From positions 800,001 to 864,000 of the forward strand of contig CAVQNG010000025.1 in the NCBI GenBank assembly GCA_963713825.1: 64,000 nucleotides of DNA, written 5' to 3'. Position 1 is the first letter of the stretch; each line of letters starts with the position of its first letter. Shown one piece after another: positions 26,731-36,143 of this stretch. The position numbers and the translations under genes are program-made. The notes beneath the pieces are model-generated. The model had not been told where the DNA came from. It saw only the letters and a program-made list of their open reading frames with translations, and made no database searches. The DNA comes from an uncultured Acidobacteriota bacterium (lineage in GTDB: Bacteria > Acidobacteriota > Thermoanaerobaculia > Multivoradales > JAHEKO01).

Positions 26731-29292
26731 CTACTCCTCCCGCAGCGCTTCGGAGGGCCGTGTGCGAGCCATCCGCCACGCCGGGTAGAGGCCGGCAAGC
26801 AATGCCGCTACAACACCCACCGCGACGGCTTGGACCAGAGTGAGAGGAAAGAGATCCAATTCGAGGCTCCAACCGAACGATCGCCGATTGATGGTGTAGA
26901 CCATGATGGCGGCCATCGACACACCAACAGGCAAGGAAAGCAGCCCGGCAGTCAAACCCATGAGGCCCGTCTGCTGGGTCACCAGCATCCACAGCTGACC
27001 TGGGGTCAGGCCGCAGGCTCGCATCACGCCCAGCTCCCGGGTGCGCTCGAGCTGCAGCGCCAGCAGTGCGCTCAGAACTCCGACGAAGGCGACGAGGACC
27101 GCCAATGTGCGCAGTACTCCGGTGATGACGAAGGTGCGATCGAAAATGCGCATCGACTCTTGCCGCAATTGGCTGTTGCTGCTGAGCCGCACCCGCAGGT
27201 CGGGTGGTAGGCGGCCACGGATTAGCTCGCTCAGCTCGTCGAGATTCGTGCCGGCTGCGGTATGAATGGAGAGGGCCGTCGCTCCATCATCGCTCCAGCC
27301 CCGCTGGTAGAGGGATCGATCGAGCATCAGCAGGCCCTGTTCGGTCGAGTAGTCGTAGAAGATTCCGGCGATGGGCAGCTCGAAGACCTCTTTCGCTGAG
27401 AGGATCCTGACGCTGTCACCCTCCTCGAGGCCGCGTCGATAGGCGAAGGACTCTGAGACCATGACGGCCTCGCCTGCCTCGATTCGGCGCCAGATCGCCG
27501 TCGGATCTCCTTGCCGAAAAGCAAATGCTCCGTGGCTTTCCGGCGACAGCTCGAAGGCCACGGCTTGAACGGACTCGCCGTCGACGACTGCCGAGAAGTG
27601 GGTGAGGAGGTTGATCGCGAGAACCTGATCGAGGTCCGTGATCGTGTCGATCGTCGCCTGGTCGATGGTGACACCGCCCGGCGAGAAGCGGCGGGCGGGT
27701 GCTGTGAATACCGACAAATAGAGATCCGCCGGCAGCGCATATTCGAGCCATCGGTTCACCGTGCCACGGAAGCTCCGCACCATGAGATCCACCCCGACCG
27801 TCACCGAGAGCGCCATCATCAGGGCGGCGATGGCGATTCCGGTGCGGCTGAGAGCGGTTACGACTCCGCGCGTGGCGATCCGGCCGAGCTGACCGGAAAT
27901 TGCGCCGGCGAAAGGTGTCAGCCAGCGCATGAGTGCCATCGTGGCGAGCGGTGTCAGCAAGGCGTAGCCAACCAGTACAGCGAACAGGCCAACAAAGGCG
28001 AGCCACAGGGCGCCGCTCGGAAGGAAGATCAGGCCGGTACCGAGAATCAGCAGCAGGACTCCAAGAAACGACAGCGCAGGAATAGCGCGGTGAACCCGTG
28101 ACTCGAGCTCGGAGCGCACCAATGCCTCCCGGGGCTCCGTGTTGGTCGCTTCGATAGAGGGTGCAATCGCCGCCGCTGCCGTCGCCGTCAACCCAAGGAG
28201 ACCTCCTTTCAGGAGCGTCCATGGGGCCACTGCCACTTCTCGGACGTCGACTGCGAAATAGAGATCGTTGATGGTCTGGGTGACGCGACCGATGAGGCTC
28301 TGACCGAGCCACAGACCGGCCAGCTCGCCGAGGATGGTGCCCGCAGCTCCGATGAGCACAGCCTCCCCCAAGATCAGCAGGAAGATCTCTCTACGGGTCG
28401 TTCCCAGTACCCGCAGAATCGCCAGAAGGGGACGCCGTTGCACGACAGCGAAGGTCATGGTGTTGTAGATGAGGAAGGCGCCGCAAAGCAGGGCCAGTAG
28501 GCTCAGTGCCTGCAGGTTGAGCCGGAAAGCCCGGGTCATCTGCTCCGCCGTCGACGTTCGACCGCGCCTGGATCGTAGGTCGGTGGTCGGTGGCAAGATC
28601 GCCGCGACACTCTCCTCGAACTCGGCTTCTGTCAGTGCGGGCGGTCGAATCAAGTCGATGCGCGTCAGACTCCCGACAAGACCGAGAGTCTCCTGGGCCG
28701 TAGCTATGTCGACGACGAGTAGGTCCCGGATTGCGGCCAGCTGGGCATCGTCCGTCGCCTGCAGATGGCCTACCAAAACCAAGGTTCGCACCGCGCCGCC
28801 AATGTCGACCTCGAATTCGTCTCCGGGCTCGATGCCGAGAGAGCTCGCGGCGTCAGCGGCCAGAAGGGCAGCCCCCGGTAGGGTCAGGAAGACCCCGAGA
28901 TCGAGGCTGCCCTGTGGCCCCGAGCTGGTGAAGTTGCGAAACCGGGCTTCAGCGAACGGCTCGATGCCCATGATGGAAAAGGTTGGGGAGTCTGGCCTCA
29001 GAAGCTTGGCATGGCCCTCGACCACCGGGGCCACGCGACGCAAGCCGAGATCGATGCGGAGCTGCTGGTAGAGCTCCTCGGGGACGACACCGTCGAGACC
29101 GACAATCTGGTGTGTCGCTTTGCCGGCGATCGTGTCCGTGGAAAGCTCGAATGCTCTGAGAGCACTGCCGTTGGCGACATCGATACCGACGACGACGGCG
29201 ACACCGAGAGCAACTCCCAGAATGGCCAGGGCGAGCTGCAGGGGATGGCGCTGCAGGTGCCGAAGACTCGACTTCCAAAGGAGTCTCTTCAC
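26731..29292 (-). CDS. ABC transporter permease (FtsX/MacB-type, AttF/G-like, duplicated)
   Basis: LAILGVALGVAVVV, two periplasmic domains, and two MacB-type TM blocks (QRR..AILRVLG; ERTRELGVMRACG). Confidence 0.9.
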   Translation of the reverse strand: MKRLLWKSSLRHLQRHPLQLALAILGVALGVAVVVGIDVANGSALRAFELSTDTIAGKATHQIVGLDGVVPEELYQQLRIDLGLRRVAPVVEGHAKLLRPDSPTFSIMGIEPFAEARFRNFTSSGPQGSLDLGVFLTLPGAALLAADAASSLGIEPGDEFEVDIGGAVRTLVLVGHLQATDDAQLAAIRDLLVVDIATAQETLGLVGSLTRIDLIRPPALTEAEFEESVAAILPPTTDLRSRRGRTSTAEQMTRAFRLNLQALSLLALLCGAFLIYNTMTFAVVQRRPLLAILRVLGTTRREIFLLILGEAVLIGAAGTILGELAGLWLGQSLIGRVTQTINDLYFAVDVREVAVAPWTLLKGGLLGLTATAAAAIAPSIEATNTEPREALVRSELESRVHRAIPALSFLGVLLLILGTGLIFLPSGALWLAFVGLFAVLVGYALLTPLATMALMRWLTPFAGAISGQLGRIATRGVVTALSRTGIAIAALMMALSVTVGVDLMVRSFRGTVNRWLEYALPADLYLSVFTAPARRFSPGGVTIDQATIDTITDLDQVLAINLLTHFSAVVDGESVQAVAFELSPESHGAFAFRQGDPTAIWRRIEAGEAVMVSESFAYRRGLEEGDSVRILSAKEVFELPIAGIFYDYSTEQGLLMLDRSLYQRGWSDDGATALSIHTAAGTNLDELSELIRGRLPPDLRVRLSSNSQLRQESMRIFDRTFVITGVLRTLAVLVAFVGVLSALLALQLERTRELGVMRACGLTPGQLWMLVTQQTGLMGLTAGLLSLPVGVSMAAIMVYTINRRSFGWSLELDLFPLTLVQAVAVGVVAALLAGLYPAWRMARTRPSEALREE

Positions 29293-30005
29293 GCTGGGCC
29301 TTCCTTGTCGAGCTCGACGAGCCGCCCGTTCTCGATGGTGAGGATGCGGTCGGCCAGCCCGACGACCTGCTGACTGTGAGTAGCCATCAGCAAAGTGCGA
29401 CCACTCTGGCGGGTCAGGCTGTCGAGCAGGTCGATGACTTGCCGGCCCGTCCCGACATCCAAATTGCCGGTGGGTTCGTCGGCCAGAATGAGCTGCGGCT
29501 GATGGATCAGGCCTCGCGCCACCGCAACCCGCTGTCGCTCACCGCCGGAAAGACGGTCCGGGAAAGAGTCGGCTCGGTCGACAAGTCCAACCGCTGAGAG
29601 CATCTCCAGACAAGGCCCCCGCATCACCTCGGTGCTGGCCCCATCGAGCTCGAGAGGCAGAAGCAGGTTTTCCAGAACCGTCAATGTCGGCAGCAGATTG
29701 AAGAACTGGAAGATGAAACCGATGTTGCGTCTTCGAAACAGGGTGCGATCTCGCTCCCCAAGGCTGGTGATCTCGATGCCGCCAATCGCAACACTTCCGC
29801 TGTCGGGCTGATCGAGTCCGCCGAGAAGGTTGAGCAGTGTCGACTTCCCGGAGCCGCTTCTCCCCAAGAGGACGACCAGCTCCCCTGGCTGAACGAGTAA
29901 GTCGACGCCTTCGAGAACGATGTGATCCCGATCTGCCTCGCGATAGCTCTTCGAGACACCGCTCAAGTCGATCGTCGGTGCTCGATCGGATAGATCAGTG
30001 GTCAT
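29289..30005 (-). CDS. ABC transporter ATP-binding protein (LolD/AttE-like)
   Basis: GRSGSGKST, FIFQFFNLLP, LSGGERQRV, ILADEPTGNLD, ATH. Start set at MTTDL after a GAGGAG RBS. Confidence 0.95.
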   Translation of the reverse strand: MTTDLSDRAPTIDLSGVSKSYREADRDHIVLEGVDLLVQPGELVVLLGRSGSGKSTLLNLLGGLDQPDSGSVAIGGIEITSLGERDRTLFRRRNIGFIFQFFNLLPTLTVLENLLLPLELDGASTEVMRGPCLEMLSAVGLVDRADSFPDRLSGGERQRVAVARGLIHQPQLILADEPTGNLDVGTGRQVIDLLDSLTRQSGRTLLMATHSQQVVGLADRILTIENGRLVELDKEGPA

Positions 30006-30083
30006 GGAACGGCTCCTCTCGCGCGTCTGGCAATTGGCGTGGTGGCTGAACTGATGTCCGCTAGAATGCCACAGGAGGATTGA

Positions 30084-30503
30084 ATGAGCGAGCGCAAGTA
30101 CAAGCAGAGCGGTTACCAGGACGATGAGCCCCGCGAGAAGAGGTCGCGGCCTTCGGGGCCGCGCGAGAAATCCGACAAGCCACGCGGCCGTGGTTTGGGC
30201 AAGCCGACGAAGTCGGTCTTCCGGTGCAGCCGATGCGGCCAGAGTCAGGCAGTGGGGCAGGATGTGGCGTTCGATGCGACCTGCTCTGGATGTGGCGACG
30301 ATCTGCATGCCTGCACGAATTGCACGCACTTCGACAGCTCGGCACCGATGGAATGCCGCTTGGAGATTCCACAGCCCATCGCCAAGAAGTCGAAGCGCAA
30401 TCAGTGTGACCTCTTCGAACCCAAAACGACTCAGGAGTTCGAAAAGGAAACTCCACCGCCTGATGACGCGAGGGCGGCCTTCGATGCTCTATTCAAGCTA
30501 TAG
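30084..30503 (+). CDS. Small Cys-rich, probably Zn-binding hypothetical protein
   Basis: Strong AGGAGG RBS. CSRC, CSGC, CTNC plus two further Cys, basic N-terminus, C-terminal ARAAFDALFK. Confidence 0.8.
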   Translation: MSERKYKQSGYQDDEPREKRSRPSGPREKSDKPRGRGLGKPTKSVFRCSRCGQSQAVGQDVAFDATCSGCGDDLHACTNCTHFDSSAPMECRLEIPQPIAKKSKRNQCDLFEPKTTQEFEKETPPPDDARAAFDALFKL

Positions 30504-30548
30504 CGGCTGCTTGTCCCATAACTGACCGAGTGATTCCTGCGGGAGAGC

Positions 30549-31910
30549 ATGATGTCCGATCCCACAGCCGTTGTTCAGAAGATCGGGGACTTTGTATGGG
30601 GTCCTTTTCTGCTCATTCCTCTCCTGCTGCTGACCGGTCTGTACCTGACGATTCGCCTTCGCGGTATCCAGTTCCGCAAGCTCTGGCACTCCCTCTACGT
30701 TGCTCTGATCGTCCGACGGGAGAAGGGGGCTGAAGGCGACATCTCTCACTTTCAGGCGCTGATGACGGCGCTGGCAGCCACGGTTGGGACTGGAAACATC
30801 GTCGGGGTGGCAACAGCGATCGCAACCGGCGGCCCGGGGGCGCTCTTCTGGATGTGGATGACCGGTCTGGTGGGGATGGCGACCAAGTTCTCCGAGGCCC
30901 TGCTGTCGGTCAAATTCCGCGTTACCGACGAGAGGGGAGAGCAGTGCGGTGGCCCGATGTACTACTTGGCCAACGGTATCCGGTGGCGAGGCCTGGGCAA
31001 GACCCTTGGGTGGCTCTTCGCGTTGTTCGCGGTCTTTGCCTCATTCGGCATCGGCAACATGGTGCAGTCGAACTCGGTGGCGCACGCGCTGAACTCGTCC
31101 TTCAGATTGCCGGTCTGGGTCACCGGGTTGATTCTGGCGGTTGCAGCAGGACTGGTGATCCTCGGTGGAATCAAGTCCATCGGCAGATTTACCGGGATCT
31201 TCGTACCGGTCATGATTGCCGCCTACATGCTCGGCTCAGGGCTGGTGTTGATTCGGTTTGCAGGCCAGATTCCCGCGGCGCTCGGCCTGGTGTTCGAAGG
31301 CGCCTTCAGCGGTACCGCGGCTGTCGGCGGTTTTGCGGGGGCGGCTGTTCGTCAGGCGATTCGATTCGGCGTGGCCCGGGGAATTTTCTCCAACGAATCG
31401 GGTCTCGGTTCGGCGGGCATCGCTGCTGCCGCGGCGCAGACCAAGGAGCCGGTGCGCCAGGCTCTGGTTTCCATGACGCAGACTTTCATCGACACCATCG
31501 TCGTGTGCTCGTTCACTGGCCTGGCCATCCTGGTGACCGGTGGCTGGCAAGAGGGTCTCAATGGCGCCGCCCTGACCCAGTTCGCATTCGCTCACGGGCT
31601 GCCAGGGGAGTGGGGAGGATGGATCGTGGCGGTCTGCCTGTCGATGTTCGCTTTCTCGACCATGCTCGGGTGGAGCTACTACGGAGAGAAGAGCGTCGAA
31701 TACCTGATGGGAGAGCGGTTCATTCTGCCGTATCGGATCCTCTTCATCGGCGCCATCTTTTTTGGTGCCATTCGGAGCCTCGACTTCGTCTGGGGACTGT
31801 CCGACGTCATGAATGGACTCATGGCGCTTCCCAACCTCGTGGGCTTGCTGCTGCTGAGCGGGGTCATCGTCAAAGAGACGCGCGACTACTTCAAGCGCAC
31901 AGGCGAGTAG
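30549..31910 (+). CDS. Sodium:alanine/glycine symporter (AGCS family)
   Basis: [55 protein letters not shown]. Confidence 0.95.
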   Translation: MMSDPTAVVQKIGDFVWGPFLLIPLLLLTGLYLTIRLRGIQFRKLWHSLYVALIVRREKGAEGDISHFQALMTALAATVGTGNIVGVATAIATGGPGALFWMWMTGLVGMATKFSEALLSVKFRVTDERGEQCGGPMYYLANGIRWRGLGKTLGWLFALFAVFASFGIGNMVQSNSVAHALNSSFRLPVWVTGLILAVAAGLVILGGIKSIGRFTGIFVPVMIAAYMLGSGLVLIRFAGQIPAALGLVFEGAFSGTAAVGGFAGAAVRQAIRFGVARGIFSNESGLGSAGIAAAAAQTKEPVRQALVSMTQTFIDTIVVCSFTGLAILVTGGWQEGLNGAALTQFAFAHGLPGEWGGWIVAVCLSMFAFSTMLGWSYYGEKSVEYLMGERFILPYRILFIGAIFFGAIRSLDFVWGLSDVMNGLMALPNLVGLLLLSGVIVKETRDYFKRTGE

Positions 31911-31912
31911 AT

Positions 31913-32284
31913 TTGCTCTTCTCAGTGGCCGCCGACCTGGTGGCGTCACTGCACTTTGCGTTTGTTGTTTTTGTGTTGTTGGGCGGCCTCCTCGTGGTGC
32001 GTTGGCCCCAATGGGCGTGGCTACATCTGCCGGCGGTGGCATGGGGCGTTTCGATCGAGCTCATGGGATGGCTCTGCCCCCTGACTCCGCTCGAGAACCG
32101 ATTGCGCAATGAGGCTGGGCTTGCAGGCTACGAGGGTGGATTCGTCGAGCACTACCTGCTTCCAGTTCTCTATCCGGAGTCTCTCACCCGCTCGATGCAG
32201 ATCGTGTTGGGTCTGTTGGTTCTGCTGATCAACGTCGGTCTCTACGGCTCGATGCTCAGAAAGAGAGGTCGCGACTCGAATTAG
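31913..32284 (+). CDS. DUF2784 family membrane protein (start uncertain)
   Basis: ADLV..LHFAFVVFVLLGG, WLHLPAVAWG, CPLTPLEN, GFVEHYL..LYP. Confidence 0.85.
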   Translation: MLFSVAADLVASLHFAFVVFVLLGGLLVVRWPQWAWLHLPAVAWGVSIELMGWLCPLTPLENRLRNEAGLAGYEGGFVEHYLLPVLYPESLTRSMQIVLGLLVLLINVGLYGSMLRKRGRDSN

Positions 32285-32334
32285 ACGGCCCTGCCTCTCC
32301 CATGACGCAGGCGCCTGTGCTAGATTTCCCGATC

Positions 32335-32832
32335 ATGAAAACACTAGTCAGCGTCATCATGGGCTCGCGCTCCGATTGGGGTGTCATGGAGCACGCCATC
32401 AAGACCCTCGAGAGCCTCGGCATCGAGCACGATGTCAGGATCCTCTCGGCTCATCGGACTCCCGATGCGCTTGTCACTTACATGGCCGAGGCGGAGGATG
32501 GCGGCACGGAGGTCTTTATCGGTGCGGCTGGCGGTGCCGCACATCTGGCCGGCGTCATGGCGGCCCAAACTGTGCTGCCGGTTTTGGGAGTGCCAATGGA
32601 ATCGAAGCTCCAGGGAATCGACTCCCTGCTCTCCATGGTGCAGATGCCTGCGGGCATCCCGGTGGCGACCTTCGCTGTGGGCAAGGCCGGTGCGATCAAT
32701 GCGGCCCTGTTTGCGGCGGCGGTTCTGGCGGCGACGCACCCAGAGGTCGGAGAGGCTCTGCGGGTCTTCCGCAAGGCCCAGTCGGAGAAGATCCTGGCAG
32801 ACCCCGATCCCCGGCTACCCGCACCGGACTGA
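32335..32832 (+). CDS. purE: N5-CAIR mutase
   Basis: IMGSRSD, SAHRTP, AGGAAHLAG, PVLGVP, SMVQMPAGIPVAT. Confidence 0.97.
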   Translation: MKTLVSVIMGSRSDWGVMEHAIKTLESLGIEHDVRILSAHRTPDALVTYMAEAEDGGTEVFIGAAGGAAHLAGVMAAQTVLPVLGVPMESKLQGIDSLLSMVQMPAGIPVATFAVGKAGAINAALFAAAVLAATHPEVGEALRVFRKAQSEKILADPDPRLPAPD

Positions 32833-32890
32833 GCGGTCCTCGAATCCGCAGACGCTGCTCATCCAGAAGACGTTCAGATACCAGGGCTCG

Positions 32891-34519
32891 CTAGTTCAGG
32901 CCGGGCTGGGTGAGAACGAATCCTTCTTCCTCTTTGGTCTGTCGGACGATCTCCCGGACATCGGCCAGCAGCTGCTTGGCGTCGAATACGATGCCGTCCT
33001 TGATGGTGTAGCGCACGCCACCGACGCGGACGACCTCGTTGTTCTCGTTCAGCTTGATGGCGCCAGTGCCGTAGAGGACCTTGAGGTTCTCCAGCGGATT
33101 GGCGTCGACAATCACCAAGTCAGCGAGCTTTCCCGCCTCCACTGAACCGATCTCGTCGTCCCGGCCGAGGGCCTCAGCGCCATTCAGCGTCGCGGCGCGA
33201 ATCACCTCGAGTGGATGAAAGCCGGCCTCCTGCAGCAGCTCCAACTCGCGAATGTAGCCGAAGCCATAGATCTTGTAGATGTAGCCGGAATCCGAACCCG
33301 TGGTGACTCTTCCTCCCCGGTTCTTGAAATCGTTGACGAAGCTCATCCAAAGACGGAAGTTCTCCTTCCAGGCGATCTCGTCGGCGGTTGTCCAGTAGTA
33401 CCAGTAAGAGGCGTGATTCTCGCGGTTGGGTGCGAAAAACCTCCACAAGGAGGGCAAGGTGTACATCTCATGCCATTCATCGCCGCGGATCCGCATCAGG
33501 TCGCGGTTCGCTTCGTAGGGAGTGAATGTCGGGTTGATGGTGAAGTCGAGCTCGATGAGCTCGTCCATGACCTCGTACCAGAGCTCGCTCCCTCGGGGCG
33601 CTGCCTGCTTCCATAGCTGGCCGGCCTGGCCGAAGCGATCGAGCTCGTTGGCGTAGTTGTAGTCCAAGGGGTAGTCCTGGACGGTCTGGCCGGTGAACAG
33701 GGCTTCGGGCAGCCCGTACCAGTGCTCCATGCTGGTCAGTCCCCATCGCGCCGTGTCGAGAACGTTGACCCGGGTCACCGCCATCTGGGCATGGTGGCAG
33801 GCGCTGCGCAGTCCCTGAATTTCGGCTTCGTCCAGGGCGGCTTCCATGATCTTGGGAGGGGCGCCGAAGAACTTGATGCCTTCGGCCCCCCGAGCAGCAG
33901 CCTCCCGGACCCATTCACGGGCCTGATCCGGGGTCGTGAACGGTTCCTGTCTGCCCGCTCCGAAGAACAGATAGGGATGAATCCGTGGCGCAGTGATCTC
34001 GTTGCGGGCGCTCTTGGCCTGGTGCTCCAGGACCCAATCGAGACCGTTGCCACTGCCAGGCTCTCGTATCGTCGTGATGCCGTGGCCCATCCACAGCTTG
34101 AGGACGTATTCGGCCGGCGTGCCCTGCTCGACCCCGCCGATGTGACCGTGCATGTCGATGAGCCCTGGCAGGATGTACATGCCTTCGACGTCGATCTCCC
34201 GGTCGTCGGGTCCAGCTTGGGGCCTGCTCTCTGCGTCGACCGCAACGCCTGGAACTCCCACGTTCCGGATGTCGACGATCCGATTGCCCTCGACGATGAT
34301 GTCGACGGGCCCGATCGCCGGTGCGCCCGTACCGTCGATCAGCGTGCCACCTCGCAGGATCAATCGCTGGAACGGGCCCTCGCCTTCATTGCGTGGTGGG
34401 GCTTCGGGTATCGATCGGGGTGTGTCCTCGGCTGGCAGAACCGCTGCGGACAACAGCGAGAGTGCGACCACGGCAGATCGGATCGTCCAGCGGAACATCG
34501 AGCGTCGAGCCTGTCTCAT
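32891..34519 (-). CDS. Secreted amidohydrolase family protein
   Basis: Signal peptide, IDGTG, PGLIDMHGH (HxH), TGSDSG, AATLNGA, GSVEAGKLADLVIV. Confidence 0.88.
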   Translation of the reverse strand: MRQARRSMFRWTIRSAVVALSLLSAAVLPAEDTPRSIPEAPPRNEGEGPFQRLILRGGTLIDGTGAPAIGPVDIIVEGNRIVDIRNVGVPGVAVDAESRPQAGPDDREIDVEGMYILPGLIDMHGHIGGVEQGTPAEYVLKLWMGHGITTIREPGSGNGLDWVLEHQAKSARNEITAPRIHPYLFFGAGRQEPFTTPDQAREWVREAAARGAEGIKFFGAPPKIMEAALDEAEIQGLRSACHHAQMAVTRVNVLDTARWGLTSMEHWYGLPEALFTGQTVQDYPLDYNYANELDRFGQAGQLWKQAAPRGSELWYEVMDELIELDFTINPTFTPYEANRDLMRIRGDEWHEMYTLPSLWRFFAPNRENHASYWYYWTTADEIAWKENFRLWMSFVNDFKNRGGRVTTGSDSGYIYKIYGFGYIRELELLQEAGFHPLEVIRAATLNGAEALGRDDEIGSVEAGKLADLVIVDANPLENLKVLYGTGAIKLNENNEVVRVGGVRYTIKDGIVFDAKQLLADVREIVRQTKEEEGFVLTQPGLN

Positions 34520-34722
34520 GAGTTGATCTTTCCCCCCTGGAGCGGGCAGCCTTGCCGAAATGACTTACCGACCGCACTGCATCGTAGGGTCTTTCTATCA
34601 GGGAGAACCCGACCAAGCAATCCGTCTGGTGAGGGTGTGGTGCTTCGGCGTTGGCCGTCCATGAGTCGGCTGCCTTCTCACTCTGGCTTCCACGAAATAG
34701 AGGGCTTCCGTACAATCGGCGG

Positions 34723-36114
34723 ATGGGGCCTGGTCAGGAGCTTTCGGTGAGGTGGAGAAGAGATCGATGGGTCGGCTGCTCGAGAGCGATCAGGCTCCTC
34801 GGGTCGATGCTCCTGCTGCTGGCCATGGCAGGCTGCTCCGATCGCACTGGCGGTTCTGGAGACAGCGTCGTCCTCGTCATGGTGGATACCCTACGGGCGG
34901 ATCACCTCGGCTGCTACGGCTACGAGCGCGATACCTCACCCCATCTGGACAGCCTGGCGTCGGCAGGAGTGCTGTTCGAGAACTTCTATTCGGTGGCTCC
35001 CTGGACGAATCCCTCGATCGCTTCGCTGTTCACCGGCAGATATCCGCGCGCTGTCTTCCCGCCCCTGCCGCACAAGAAGGCCATTGGCATCCCCCTGCCG
35101 AGTCAGCTCCCGACGCTGGCCGAGCGGCTGCAGCTGGAGGGCTATCGCACGGTCGCACTGGTAGACCACCCAGGCATCAATCCGGAGCTGCAGTTCGACC
35201 AGGGCTTCGAGCGCTGGAGCAACCTGTTTCGGGAAGGCGATTTCGACACCTGGGCCGTGACAGATTCGGACTTCGTTCTAGAACAGGTCGAGGCTGCTTT
35301 GGACGAGCTCGGAGGAGAGACGTTCTTCCTCTATCTCCACCTGGTCTATCCCCATCGTCCCTACGCGCCTCCACCGCCGTACGACACGATGTTCGGACCC
35401 TCGGGGCCGAAGACGGGGCGTGCCCACCGACAGACCATGATCAACGCCTACGACGGCGAAGTTCGGTACACCGATGACCTGATCGGCCGTGTCGCCGGTG
35501 TCCTGGAGGGGCGAGGCTTGACTGCATCGACCTGGCTGGTGGTGACCTCCGACCATGGGGAGGGCTTTTGGGAGCACAACCAGGCCGAGCACGGCAACTC
35601 CTTCTTCAACGAGCTGATCCGGGTACCCCTGGTCTTGGTTCCGCCGCGTCGGGAAGGTGTGGCTGGGCTCCGAGTCGAGTCTCCGGCCAGCCTGGTCGAT
35701 TTGAAGCCGACGATCCTGGGTCTGGCTGGCGTCGAGCCGGTGGCGGATCTGGAAGGTCGTGATCTGCGCACCAGTTGGTTGAACCCTGCCGAGTTCGAGG
35801 CTCCCCGGTGGTTGTTTCTCGCCAGCCCTCATTCGAAGGATGTAGAGGCTGCCGCTGTCGTTCGTGGAGATCTGAAGTACATCGACCGGCTGCCCTGGCG
35901 ACGGGCCAGACCGGCCCTCTACGATCTGTCTGAGGACCCGGATGAGAAGCACAACCTGGCCGAGTCTTCTCCCAGGGCGGCGGAAATGAGCCGCCGGTTG
36001 CAGGCTCACCTGAATCAGACCGAGCAGCAGCGCGCTGGCCTGCTGGGCGAAGACGAGGTGGAGCTCGACGAAGAGGTTCTCGATCGCCTCCGGGCTCTGG
36101 GGTATCTCCAATAG
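34723..36114 (+). CDS. Sulfatase-like hydrolase/transferase (alkaline phosphatase superfamily), probable lipoprotein; start uncertain
   Basis: MAGC lipobox-like, VDTLRADH, WTNPSIASLFTG, HLVYPHRPY, TSDHGEG, LYDLSEDPDE, LRALGYL. Confidence 0.85.
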   Translation: MGPGQELSVRWRRDRWVGCSRAIRLLGSMLLLLAMAGCSDRTGGSGDSVVLVMVDTLRADHLGCYGYERDTSPHLDSLASAGVLFENFYSVAPWTNPSIASLFTGRYPRAVFPPLPHKKAIGIPLPSQLPTLAERLQLEGYRTVALVDHPGINPELQFDQGFERWSNLFREGDFDTWAVTDSDFVLEQVEAALDELGGETFFLYLHLVYPHRPYAPPPPYDTMFGPSGPKTGRAHRQTMINAYDGEVRYTDDLIGRVAGVLEGRGLTASTWLVVTSDHGEGFWEHNQAEHGNSFFNELIRVPLVLVPPRREGVAGLRVESPASLVDLKPTILGLAGVEPVADLEGRDLRTSWLNPAEFEAPRWLFLASPHSKDVEAAAVVRGDLKYIDRLPWRRARPALYDLSEDPDEKHNLAESSPRAAEMSRRLQAHLNQTEQQRAGLLGEDEVELDEEVLDRLRALGYLQ

Positions 36115-36143
36115 GATAGGGCCTGGTTGAGGGGAGAGAAGAG

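Noticed and set aside
25554-30005. ABC transporter plus lipocalin-like gene as a new system
   Set aside because: It matches the widespread AttEFGH-like arrangement. Its function is unclear but it is not new.
30854-31912. Long N-terminal extension of the 476-aa ORF that ends in DUF2784
   Set aside because: It is an off-frame overlap with the alanine symporter. Only the last about 123 codons look like a real protein.
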